Below, piece after piece: positions 40,993 to 49,314 of a stretch of 64,000 nucleotides of DNA. The DNA comes from an uncultured Bacteroidales bacterium (lineage in GTDB: Bacteria; Bacteroidota; Bacteroidia; Bacteroidales; UBA932): the NCBI GenBank assembly GCA_944326305.1, contig CALVDL010000006.1, positions 3,538 through 67,537 of the forward strand, in the 5' to 3' direction. How positions within the stretch are numbered: the stretch's first letter is position 1; each line of letters starts with the position of its first letter. Both the position numbers and the translations under genes were made by a program. The notes beneath the pieces were generated by a model. That model did no database searches. It saw nothing but the letters and a program-made list of their open reading frames with translations, and was not told the origin of the DNA.

Positions 40993-42261
40993 ATGAATAT
41001 GTTAGTTACAACACTCATACTTGCGGTGATAACCATTACCGTTGTCACCCTCATCCTGGTAGCTGTACTCCTTTTCGTCAAGATCAAGCTGACACCGGCC
41101 GGAAAGGTCAAGATCAGCATCAACGACGGAAAGAAAGAGATCGAGGTGACACCAGGTTCATCACTGCTCTCTACTCTCGCTGAACAGAAGATCTTCCTTT
41201 CATCGGCCTGCGGAGGAAAAGGAAGCTGCGGACAGTGCAAATGCCAGGTACTTGAAGGCGGCGGGACAATCCTGCCTACCGAGGTAGGCTTCTTCAACAG
41301 GAAGCAGATAAGCGACCACTGGAGGCTCGGATGCCAGGTCAAAGTCAAGGAAGACATGAAGATCAAGATTTCCGAGTCTGCACTCAGTGTCAAGAAATGG
41401 GAGTGCGAGGTCGTATCCAACCACAATGTGGCGACTTTCATCAAGGAATTTGTCGTCAAGCTTCCTGAAGGCGAGCATCTCCACTTCAAGTCAGGAGGAT
41501 ACATCCAGGTGGATGTCCCTGCATGCACAGTTGACTACAGGAACATCGACGTGGATCCTGAATACAGGGAAGACTGGGAGAAGATGGGCGTATTCGACCT
41601 CAAGATGGTCAACCCTACCCCTACCCTCCGCGCATACTCCATGGCCTGCTACCCTGCAGAGGGCGATATAATCAAGCTGAACGTGCGTATCGCCACTCCG
41701 CCTATCGACAGGGCCACAAGGAAATTCCTCCCTGTGAACCCGGGTATCTGCTCTTCATACATCTACTCGCTCAAGCCGGGCGACAAGGTGACAATCTCGG
41801 GTCCTTACGGAGAGTTCTTCCTCCCGGACAACCTTCCTGCGGACCAGGAGCTCATCTTCATCGGAGGCGGTGCAGGTATGGCCCCTATGAGAAGCCACAT
41901 CATGCACCTGTTCAAGACAGAGAAGACCACAAGGAAAGTGAATTTCTTCTACGGTGCGCGTAGCCTTAAGGAGGCATTCTACCTCGAGGACTACCACGAG
42001 ATCGAGAAAGAGTTCCCTAACTTCAAGTTCCACCTGGCACTTGACAGGCCGGATCCGGAGGCAGACGCAAAGCATGTGGCATATACGGCAGGATTCGTAC
42101 ACAACGTGCTTTACGAGACATATCTCAAACAGCATGAGAATCCGGAGGACTGCCTCTACCTGATGTGCGGCCCGCCTATGATGTCCGCCTCAGTGGAGAA
42201 TCTGCTTGACAGCCTCGGAGTCCCGAAAGAGAATCTGCTCTACGACAACTTCGGAGCATAA
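40993..42261 (+). CDS. nqrF: Na(+)-NQR subunit F
   Basis: CGGKGSCGQC 2Fe-2S motif, RAYSMA, GGGAGMAP, CGPPMM, C-terminal DNFG. Confidence 0.97.
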   Translation: MNMLVTTLILAVITITVVTLILVAVLLFVKIKLTPAGKVKISINDGKKEIEVTPGSSLLSTLAEQKIFLSSACGGKGSCGQCKCQVLEGGGTILPTEVGFFNRKQISDHWRLGCQVKVKEDMKIKISESALSVKKWECEVVSNHNVATFIKEFVVKLPEGEHLHFKSGGYIQVDVPACTVDYRNIDVDPEYREDWEKMGVFDLKMVNPTPTLRAYSMACYPAEGDIIKLNVRIATPPIDRATRKFLPVNPGICSSYIYSLKPGDKVTISGPYGEFFLPDNLPADQELIFIGGGAGMAPMRSHIMHLFKTEKTTRKVNFFYGARSLKEAFYLEDYHEIEKEFPNFKFHLALDRPDPEADAKHVAYTAGFVHNVLYETYLKQHENPEDCLYLMCGPPMMSASVENLLDSLGVPKENLLYDNFGA

Positions 42262-42265
42262 AAGG

Positions 42266-42303
42266 AAAAACAGGATGGAGATTCTTCCACCCTGTTTTTT
42301 TTA
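42266..42303 (+). terminator. Terminator of the nqr operon
   Basis: AAAAACAGG...CCTGTTTTT arms followed by a T run. Confidence 0.65.
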
Positions 42304-42345
42304 TAGGACACACTTGCAAAGGACATTTGACAGACCGACACGGAA

Positions 42346-43518
42346 ATGAAAATAATTATCGCACCGGATTCATTTAAAGGATCCCTCACATCAGCAGAAG
42401 CAGGAGAAGCGATTGCCGCCGGGATAAAGGAAATATTGCCGGAGTGCCGGATTCAGGCTATAAAGGCAGCAGACGGAGGAGAAGGTACAATCAGGGCCCT
42501 TATGGAAGTTCTTGGAGGTAGGATACAGGAAGCGGAAGTCCATGATCCCCTGATGAGACCGATAAAAGCCATATACGGCATATCTGAAGACGGTACGACA
42601 GCAATGATAGAAATGTCCGCGGCAAGCGGCCTGTGCCTTCTGCGGGAAGAGGAAATGAATCCGTCAGTTACAACAACATTCGGGACAGGAGAACTGATAT
42701 GCGATGCTTTCCGGAATGGATGCAGGCATTTCCTTGTAGGAATCGGAGGCAGTGCGACAAACGATGCCGGAACAGGAATGCTGTCAGCACTCGGAGTGCG
42801 GTTCTACGACAGCCGTGGCATGCTACTCCACGGAACCGGAGAATCGCTGAAAAATATTACTTACATAGACACTGCAGGTATTCCCGCAGGCATGCTTGAC
42901 GCTGACTTTACAATAGCATGTGACGTAGACAGCCCATTCTGCGGCCCTGAAGGAGCAGCATATGTGTTTGCCCCACAGAAAGGAGCAGACGCGGATATGG
43001 TTAAGCGTCTCGACCAGGGTATGGAATCATTCGCCTCAGTCACTTTGCGCCAGACCGGATATGACATGCAAAAGGCCGAAGGGGCAGGAGCCGCCGGAGG
43101 CCTTGGCGGGGCCTTTGCGGCTTTTCTTGGAGGGAAACTGGTCTCTGGTTCAGAAATGATACTTGAGGCAGCTGGATTCGACAGGCTGCTCAAAGATGCA
43201 GACATAGTCATCACAGGAGAAGGCCGGATTGACAGGCAGACATCAAAAGGAAAGCTCCCTTATCGCGTACTCATGCATGCATCTTCATACGGGATTCCAG
43301 TAATTGCTATCGCAGGAAGTGTATCCACGGAAGATAATCCCGGCTTTGCCGCAGTCCTTCCCGTGGTCCAGGGGCCATGCTCTCTTGCTGAAGCGATGGA
43401 CCGGCATACTGCATATAATAACATCAGACGTACCGCGGTCCAGATAGCCAATCTTATTTCACTCCCGACTAAACGAGGTACAGGCCATCATAACAAAAAA
43501 GCAGCTACATCTCTGTAA
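42346..43518 (+). CDS. glxK: Glycerate kinase
   Basis: IIIAPDSFKGSL, ADGGEGT, GGSATNDAG, GAGAAGGLG and ITGEGRID motifs. Confidence 0.93.
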   Translation: MKIIIAPDSFKGSLTSAEAGEAIAAGIKEILPECRIQAIKAADGGEGTIRALMEVLGGRIQEAEVHDPLMRPIKAIYGISEDGTTAMIEMSAASGLCLLREEEMNPSVTTTFGTGELICDAFRNGCRHFLVGIGGSATNDAGTGMLSALGVRFYDSRGMLLHGTGESLKNITYIDTAGIPAGMLDADFTIACDVDSPFCGPEGAAYVFAPQKGADADMVKRLDQGMESFASVTLRQTGYDMQKAEGAGAAGGLGGAFAAFLGGKLVSGSEMILEAAGFDRLLKDADIVITGEGRIDRQTSKGKLPYRVLMHASSYGIPVIAIAGSVSTEDNPGFAAVLPVVQGPCSLAEAMDRHTAYNNIRRTAVQIANLISLPTKRGTGHHNKKAATSL

Positions 43519-43524
43519 CTGCTT
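43495..43524 (-). terminator. Terminator of the tRNA-Gly transcript, displaced behind the duplicated tRNA 3' end
   Basis: Minus strand AAGCAGTTAC-AGAGAT-GTAGCTGCTT then a T run. Confidence 0.7.
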
Positions 43525-43534
43525 GATAATGAGG

Positions 43535-43733
43535 GAGCGGAAAACGAGATTAGCTCGCTGCGCTTCCTTTTCTCTTTCTCTTCGCCAGGGAGGCACTTTC
43601 AAGCAGACCGCTGTCGGGCTGATGCCCTTGCCGCCCTTTCATTTCAAGCCATTGAAAGCGAGCTTTCTGTCTTGAAATGAAAGACCGCCATAGCCTGCGG
43701 CTACAGCGGTCTGCTTGAGCGGAAAACGAGATT
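43535..43733. repeat. 17-bp direct repeat of the tRNA-Gly 3' end (43535-43551 and 43717-43733) bracketing a 165-bp structured insert
   Basis: GAGCGGAAAACGAGATT occurs twice. Nested inverted repeats lie inside (43599-43614/43703-43718 and 43636-43648/43671-43683). Confidence 0.85.
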
Positions 43734-43790
43734 CGAACTCGCGACCCTCAGCTTGGGAAGCTGATGCTCTACCAACTGAGCTATTTCCGC
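43718..43790 (-). tRNA. tRNA-Gly(CCC)
   Basis: GCGGAAATAGCTCAGTTGGTAGAGC...TCAGC-TTCCCAA-GCTGA...GTTCGAATCTCGTTTTCCGCT. 73 nt, CCA not encoded. Confidence 0.97.
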
Positions 43791-43915
43791 ATTTTTATTC
43801 AGGGCTTTCCTGTATCCTTTCCGCTTATCAAGAAGAAAGGATTGCAAATATAGTAATTTTTCTGATACGTGTATCGATTTTCCATAAAATTTTATTGGAA
43901 ATCTGCCGGAGCCGC

Positions 43916-45088
43916 CTACAAGGCAGTCCGGCTCCTTACGAATCTGGTAAACCGTTCAAGCCCCTCAAGCATTACAGACCTTGGACAGGCGATGTTCCAT
44001 CGCATGTAGCCTTCACCGTCCTCACCGTACATTGTACCCGCATTCAGCCACAGCTTGGCCTCCGACACTAAAGCCTCCTCCAGGGCCTCTGAAGCCATCC
44101 CCAACCTGCTGCAGTCCATCCATACGAGATATGTGCCCTCAAGATCGGCGACAGGGAATTCCGGAAGGTTCTCCCTGCAGTACTTCCTGAAGCTCTCGAA
44201 ATTGCCTTTCAGGTAAGCAATCAGCTGGGTAAGCCAGTCCTCGCCATGTCTGTATGCAGCTGTAGCGGCTATCACACCGAGAGGGCCCACATCGCAGACC
44301 TCGTTAACATTTACGGCCCTGTCGACCCTCTTCCTCATCTCCGGGTCCGGGATGACAATATTCGCTATATGCAGGCCTGCAATATTGAAAGCCTTGCTCG
44401 GGGAAATGCAGGTGATGGAACGGCTCTGGAATTCTTCGGAAATAGATGCGAACGGGATATACTCGTGACCCGGATATACAAGCTCGCAATGTATCTCGTC
44501 AGCTACGACCGTCACACCGTTCCTGAAGCAGATCTCCCCTATCCTTGTCAGTTCCTCACGGGTCCAGACACGCCCGGCTGGGTTGTGAGGGTTGCACAAG
44601 ATCATGAGCTTCACGGAAGGGTCCGATGCCTTCTTTTCAAGGTCATCGAAATCAATTCTGAAAGTATCGCCGTCACGGACAAGCGTATTGGCCTCGATCC
44701 CGCATCCGTTGTTACGGATTGAAGAAAAGAAGCAGTTGTATACCGGTGTCTGTATCAGGACCTTGTCCCCAGGTACTGTAAGGGCCTTGACAATGGCCGA
44801 CAGGGCCGGGACTACACCCGGGACATAAATCATCCACTCGCGGCGGAATGTCCATCCATGCCTTCTTGTAAACCAGTCTATTGCAGCCTCATAGTACTCG
44901 TCAGGAACATGTGCATACCCGTAAATCCCCTGTGAAATCCTCTCCTGAAGGGCCTCCACTATAGCCGGAGCTGTCTGAAAGTCCATATCAGCCACCCACA
45001 TAGGCAGCACCTCAGGGTCCGCTGAGTCATCCCACTTGCAGGAGCAGGTCCCGCGACGGTTGTTCACCTTATTAAAATCGTATATCAT
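43916..45088 (-). CDS. MalY/PatB family PLP-dependent cystathionine beta-lyase
   Basis: LPMWVADMDF, CNPHNPAGRVW, ADEIHCEL, SPSKAFNIAGL, EGTYLVWMDC and RWNIACPR motifs. ATG at 45088 preferred. Confidence 0.92.
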   Translation of the reverse strand: MIYDFNKVNNRRGTCSCKWDDSADPEVLPMWVADMDFQTAPAIVEALQERISQGIYGYAHVPDEYYEAAIDWFTRRHGWTFRREWMIYVPGVVPALSAIVKALTVPGDKVLIQTPVYNCFFSSIRNNGCGIEANTLVRDGDTFRIDFDDLEKKASDPSVKLMILCNPHNPAGRVWTREELTRIGEICFRNGVTVVADEIHCELVYPGHEYIPFASISEEFQSRSITCISPSKAFNIAGLHIANIVIPDPEMRKRVDRAVNVNEVCDVGPLGVIAATAAYRHGEDWLTQLIAYLKGNFESFRKYCRENLPEFPVADLEGTYLVWMDCSRLGMASEALEEALVSEAKLWLNAGTMYGEDGEGYMRWNIACPRSVMLEGLERFTRFVRSRTAL

Positions 45089-45186
45089 ATATATCCACAA
45101 TATTAAGAGTATTCACCTCTGTACCGGGACAGTCCGGCCAATCCGTTTTACATTTTACGGATTTCCGCGGCAAATTTACTTAAATT

Positions 45187-45248
45187 TAACGTCAGCACGA
45201 CGAATTTATTAATGAATTTCCTGAAAAGAATTCGTCATGCTGACGTCA
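45187..45248. repeat. 20-bp-stem hairpin (REP-like) between the efflux remnant and malY
   Basis: Minus strand TGACGTCAGCATGACGAATT-N22-AATTCGTCGTGCTGACGTTA. Both mismatches are G-U compatible. Confidence 0.65.
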
Positions 45249-45349
45249 AGGATTTCTTCCGGGAATGCTGTCTGTCCAACTCCCGGTCACGTCATGACAT
45301 CCCCTTCCCTTATTAACGGGGTGCACCTTACAATGCCTGGACGGACGTT

Positions 45350-45982
45350 CTATTCCGCCCCGCCGCCCAACGCATGGTACAGGTTGATGACCCCCTGAAT
45401 CTTGTCGAATCTGTCGTTTGCCTCTGTCAATTCCGCCTGTAACAAAGTCTGTTGCGCCGTCAGCACTTCAAGGTAAGAGGAACTGCTGCTGTACTCCATC
45501 AGCTTGCGGGTGTTGTCAACGGCGGACTGCAGCGTAGTCACCTGCTCGCCGATGATTTCAAGGCGAGAGTCGGCGGTCTGCCATTGCATCAGCGCGTCGT
45601 TCACCTCGTTTCCGGCTTTCAGCAGGCTCTGACGGAAGCTGAGCAGGGCTTCTTCCTGCTGCGCCTTGGCGATACGCAGGCTGGCGATGTTCCGGCCCCG
45701 GTTGAACAGGGGCTGCGTAAGCGAGCCGAGGGCACTCAGCAGCCAGTTGCCCGGGTTGGAGATGATGGCCCCGGCATTGTTCGTCCATCCGGCGGAGCCG
45801 CCCAACGTGATGCTCGGATAGAAGGCGGAGCGGGCGGCGATGGAAGCGGTGTCTTCCACCGTCACACCCGGACCATAAAGTGAATCCGCCTCCACACCTG
45901 TATCCGGACGGGAATAAGGCTTGTATATGGAGCTGCCCGCCAACAGGACAGCGGTACTGCAAAGGATAATTATTTGTCTCAT
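45350..45982 (-). pseudogene. TolC/OprM-family outer-membrane efflux factor, in-frame internal deletion
   Basis: The N-terminus (..YKPYSRP..DTASIA) is fused near 45838 to ARSAFYPSITL..NLYHALGGG. 210 aa against roughly 450 typical. The lipobox position reads AGSS (AGC, one base from TGC). Confidence 0.82.
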
Positions 45983-47385
45983 TTCAAGGACTGTTTTTTC
46001 TTTTCCTTCAATTCATCGATTTCACTTTGGATTTTCCATTCAGGACGTGACACATAATCCACAGGTTTTACACGTTCCTGTATATACTGGAAAATACAGA
46101 AGAATACCGGTACGAAAAACAGTATTCCCAATGTACCGAATATCATTCCTCCGATCACTCCCGACCCCAGCGAAGAGTTGCCGTTGGCCCCTGCACCGGT
46201 GGCGAACATCGTCAATAGGTTGATGCTGAATCCCGCCAGCGACATGAAGGCGAAGGTGCCGATGAGCGACACGAGAATGGAGATGGTCGGGATGACCATC
46301 GACCTGACGTCCTGCAGGAAGATGAATGTGATGATGACCACCAGGAGGAACGCCTCGAACAGGGTCTTTATCACCTGGTGCATAGACGCGTCGAGGAATG
46401 CCTTTGTGGAATACACGTCATCGAAGCGCATCCCTTCGGGAAGGTCCTTCTTCATCTCCTCCAGCTTGGCGTCTATATTTTCGATGACCTCCGATGCGTT
46501 CGAGCCCGCCGTCTGGTAGATCAGGAACGTGGAGCCGGGGTGTCCGTTGGTGGTGCTCTTGTATGTATATGCTTCGTCGCCCAGCTCGATGCGTGCCACA
46601 TCTTCCAGGCGCAGCACCTCGCCCGTCGGCAGAGACTTGATGACGATGTCGCCGAACTCCTCCTGCGTGACAAGACGTCCCCTGTACTTCATCGTGTACT
46701 GGAACACGCCGTCATAGTTCTCCCCGAACGAGCCGGTGGCCGACTCGATGTTCTGCGCCGCCAGGGCACTGGTCACATCAGAGGGGACGAGCCCGTACTG
46801 AGCCATCACATCCTGCTTCATCCAGATACGCATACTGTAGTTCGAGCCGAGCAGTGTCACCTCGCCCACGCCGTTGATACGTTTCAGTTCGGGGATGACA
46901 TTGATCTGCAGGTAGTTGTTCAGGAACTGCATGTCGTAGCTGTCGTCAGGGCTCCAGAGTGTGACACCTTTCAGGGTGGATTTCTGCTGCTTGTTGGTCA
47001 GCACTCCGATACGGGTTACATCCGACGGCAGCTGTCCCTGGGCTTTAGCCACGCGGTTCTGCACGTTCACCGCCGCCATGTCAGGGTCTGTGCCCTGTTT
47101 GAAATAGATGGTGATGTACACGTCGCCCGCGTTGGATGCGGTAGAGGAGATGTATGTCATGTTCTCCACGCCATTGATAGCCTCCTCCAAAGGCACGATG
47201 ACCGACTTCTGCACAGTCTCGGCGTTGGCCCCTGGATAACTGGTCGTCACCTCCACAGTCGGCGGGGCAATGTTCGGGAACTGCTCGACAGGCAGGGTCA
47301 CCAGCGCGATGCAGCCCAGCAGCACGATAGCCACAGATATGACGATGGACAATACCGGGCGTTCAATGAAAATCTTCAACTTCAT
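45979..47385 (-). pseudogene. AcrB-type RND permease, in-frame internal deletion
   Basis: FIERPVLSIVIS, PVEQFPNIAPPTV and EEAINGVENM motifs. SINLLTMFA is joined directly to TGAGANGNSSLG..GVIGGMIFGT near 46205. 468 aa against roughly 1050 typical. The TM4 DDAIVV motif is absent. Confidence 0.88.
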
Positions 47386-47401
47386 ATAATCTGTCCCTCC
47401 T

Positions 47402-47596
47402 TTATTCTTTGATTGTTATGTCCATACCGTCCTGCAGAAGTCCTACTCCCTCGGCAACAATTGTCTCGCCGGCATCCAGACCACTGCGGACGATATATTG
47501 TTTCTTCTCGTTGAGCGGGGCCACCTCAACAGGCGTGGACTTCGCCTTCCCGGCTATGACACGGTATACGAATACCTTGTCCTGCAGTTCATCGAT
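47402..47596 (-). pseudogene. RND membrane-fusion protein (AcrA-like), C-terminal remnant only
   Basis: ELQDKVFVYRV..YIVRSGLDAGETIVAEGVGLLQDG matches MFP C-termini. Sequence further upstream is AraC coding on the other strand. Confidence 0.75.
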
Positions 47597-48121
47597 ATGC
47601 AGTATGACAATCCGGTATTCCGCACCACCACAGCCCAGCGGGAACTCCTGAAGAAATGGGAGGCGCAGTTCATGTGGATAACGAAGTGCAGGTCGCAGAA
47701 AGCTGCCTATCTTATGCTCCGCAACCACATACAGAACTTCTTCATCGGGCTTGAAAGCGCTGCCGTTTCAGAAAGCGCCAGGAGCCAGACGCAGCCGATC
47801 AGCTCTACACGGCAGCTGATCAACGGCTTCTGCCGCCTGCTGGTGGAGCACTGCCATTCGCAGCACAATGTGAAGTTTTACGCCGACAAGCTATGCATAA
47901 CCCCCTACTACCTTTCAAAGATTACATCCAAGACAATAAGGGCTTCGCCCAAGGAACTCATCGGCCGTCAGATCATAATGGAGATGAAACGCCTCCTGAC
48001 AACCACCGACATCACGATAAAGGAACTTGCCTCACGCTTCCATTTCGACACAATGTCATACATGGCCCGCTTCTTCCGCCGCCACACCGGTGTCACCCCT
48101 GACGAGTTCAGAAGACAATGA
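47591..48121 (+). pseudogene. AraC-family regulator, N-terminally truncated
   Basis: HNVKFYADKLCITPYYLSKIT..IIMEMKRLL..IKELASRFHF..YMARFFRRHTGVTPDEFR HTH domain. The 5' part abuts the MFP remnant with no intergenic or promoter region. Confidence 0.78.
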
Positions 48122-48122
48122 C

Positions 48123-48160
48123 AAAAAAATAAGGACAACCCGAATGAGTTGTCCTGTTTA
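48123..48160. terminator. Bidirectional terminator between araC and tRNA-fMet
   Basis: AGGACAAC-CCGAATGA-GTTGTCCT with A/T runs on both sides. Confidence 0.75.
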
Positions 48161-48161
48161 G

Positions 48162-48234
48162 TAGCGGGAGGAGGACTCGAACCTCCGGCCTCCGGGTTAT
48201 GAGCCCGACGAGCTACCAACTGCTCTATCCCGCG
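48162..48234 (-). tRNA. Initiator tRNA-fMet(CAT)
   Basis: CGCGGGATAGAGCAGTTGGTAGCTCGTCGGGCTCATAACCCGGAGGCCGGAGGTTCGAGTCCTCCTCCCGCTA. Unpaired C1, three G-C pairs in the anticodon stem. Confidence 0.97.
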
Positions 48235-48245
48235 ATATTGGACTG

Positions 48246-48276
48246 CAAAGGTACGAACTTTTTTTGATAATGCAAA
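48246..48276 (-). promoter_or_regulatory. Housekeeping promoter of tRNA-fMet
   Basis: Minus strand TTTG-N19-TACCTTTG. Confidence 0.8.
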
Positions 48277-48318
48277 TCTTTTTTTATTTTTTTTGAAGCA
48301 TCATTCCTTTAACATCAT

Positions 48319-49242
48319 TCAGGCGCTTTTTCTCTTTCCCGGCGAGACTATCATGAAGACTATCGCGGCCATTGTCAGGATGATACCTATGACTATGTTC
48401 GCTGTAATGCTCTCGCCGAAAGCAATTGCTCCCACAAGGATTGCCGTGACAGGCTCGAACACGCCCAGGACAGAAGCCCTTGTCGCCCCGATTATGCGGG
48501 TGGCCATGGCCAGGGTAGCCGTCGAGACAATCGTCGGAAGGAGGGCAAGCCCTATAAGGTTGATCCATGGAGATACACCGTGGATGCCAGCCAGAAGAGG
48601 GGCATGGGAGAAGAAAGCGTGCAGGGAAAACACCACCACACCCGTAAGCAACGCATAGAAAGTCAGCAGGGTATTGGAAATCTGATGAACGGAACGGCTC
48701 CTGTTGATGATGACGATAAACATCGCGTAGGACAGGGCCGAGGCAAAGGACAGCGCCAGCCCTCTCCACTGCATCGTATGGGTCCCGTCTGTCCTGCACA
48801 GGAAAAGCACTCCGACGAATGTCGCGATGATGGACACCCAGACCTGCCATGTAGGATACACCTTCAGGAACATCATTATCAGTGCCACCAGGACAGGATA
48901 CAGGAAGACTATCGTAGTCGCCACCCCGGAGGGGATATAGTGGTACGCCTCGAAGAGGGTCAGGCTGCTCAATGAGAACAGCAGCCCGAGAACCAGCAGG
49001 CGCCTTGTCTGGTGCCATGTAATCCTGAAGCTCTCTTTCCGCAAGGCGAGCCATGCTCCCAATATGACTACCGCCAGGAAATAGCGGAAAAACAATATCG
49101 TGTCCACCGACACCCCGCTTTTCATCAAAGGGACAGCAAACAGGGGGTTGAGTCCGTAGGTGACACCTGTCACAATACCTGCCAGATACCCCCAGAAAGT
49201 TCCGGCCATACCCGAAGAGCCGGATTTCATTCTTACATCCAT
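48319..49242 (-). CDS. DMT/EamA family transporter
   Basis: TYGLNPLFA, IVFLYPVLVALI and SVLGVFEPVTA motifs, about 10 TM helices. The start could instead be 49230. Confidence 0.88.
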   Translation of the reverse strand: MDVRMKSGSSGMAGTFWGYLAGIVTGVTYGLNPLFAVPLMKSGVSVDTILFFRYFLAVVILGAWLALRKESFRITWHQTRRLLVLGLLFSLSSLTLFEAYHYIPSGVATTIVFLYPVLVALIMMFLKVYPTWQVWVSIIATFVGVLFLCRTDGTHTMQWRGLALSFASALSYAMFIVIINRSRSVHQISNTLLTFYALLTGVVVFSLHAFFSHAPLLAGIHGVSPWINLIGLALLPTIVSTATLAMATRIIGATRASVLGVFEPVTAILVGAIAFGESITANIVIGIILTMAAIVFMIVSPGKRKSA

Positions 49243-49314
49243 AGCCACAAAAGACACGAAGAAGATCCGGCTGTACAATAGCCGGACCTCCCTCCCGATA
49301 AATTGAATATCTGA

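Noticed and set aside
43715-44071. 118-aa plus-strand ORF
   Set aside because: It is antisense to tRNA-Gly and the malY 3' end, so it is spurious.
45290-45335. AAGGTGC..TTAATAAGGGAA on the minus strand resembling the start of a cobalamin riboswitch
   Set aside because: The following CCGGTG..AATCCGG hairpin and the CCCGCxxCTGT B12 box are absent.
46378-47412. 344-aa plus-strand ORF and other long antisense ORFs (e.g. 14919-15707, 61127-61900)
   Set aside because: Antisense shadows of GC-rich coding genes, with no motifs or independent signals.
47498-47728. Overlapping full ORFs 47498-48121 (+) and 47402-47728 (-) as real overlapping genes
   Set aside because: Each N-terminal part is only the antisense of the other gene's remnant. 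Homology switches at about 47591-47596.
47968-48219. 83-aa minus-strand ORF
   Set aside because: It overlaps tRNA-fMet and the araC remnant, so it is spurious.
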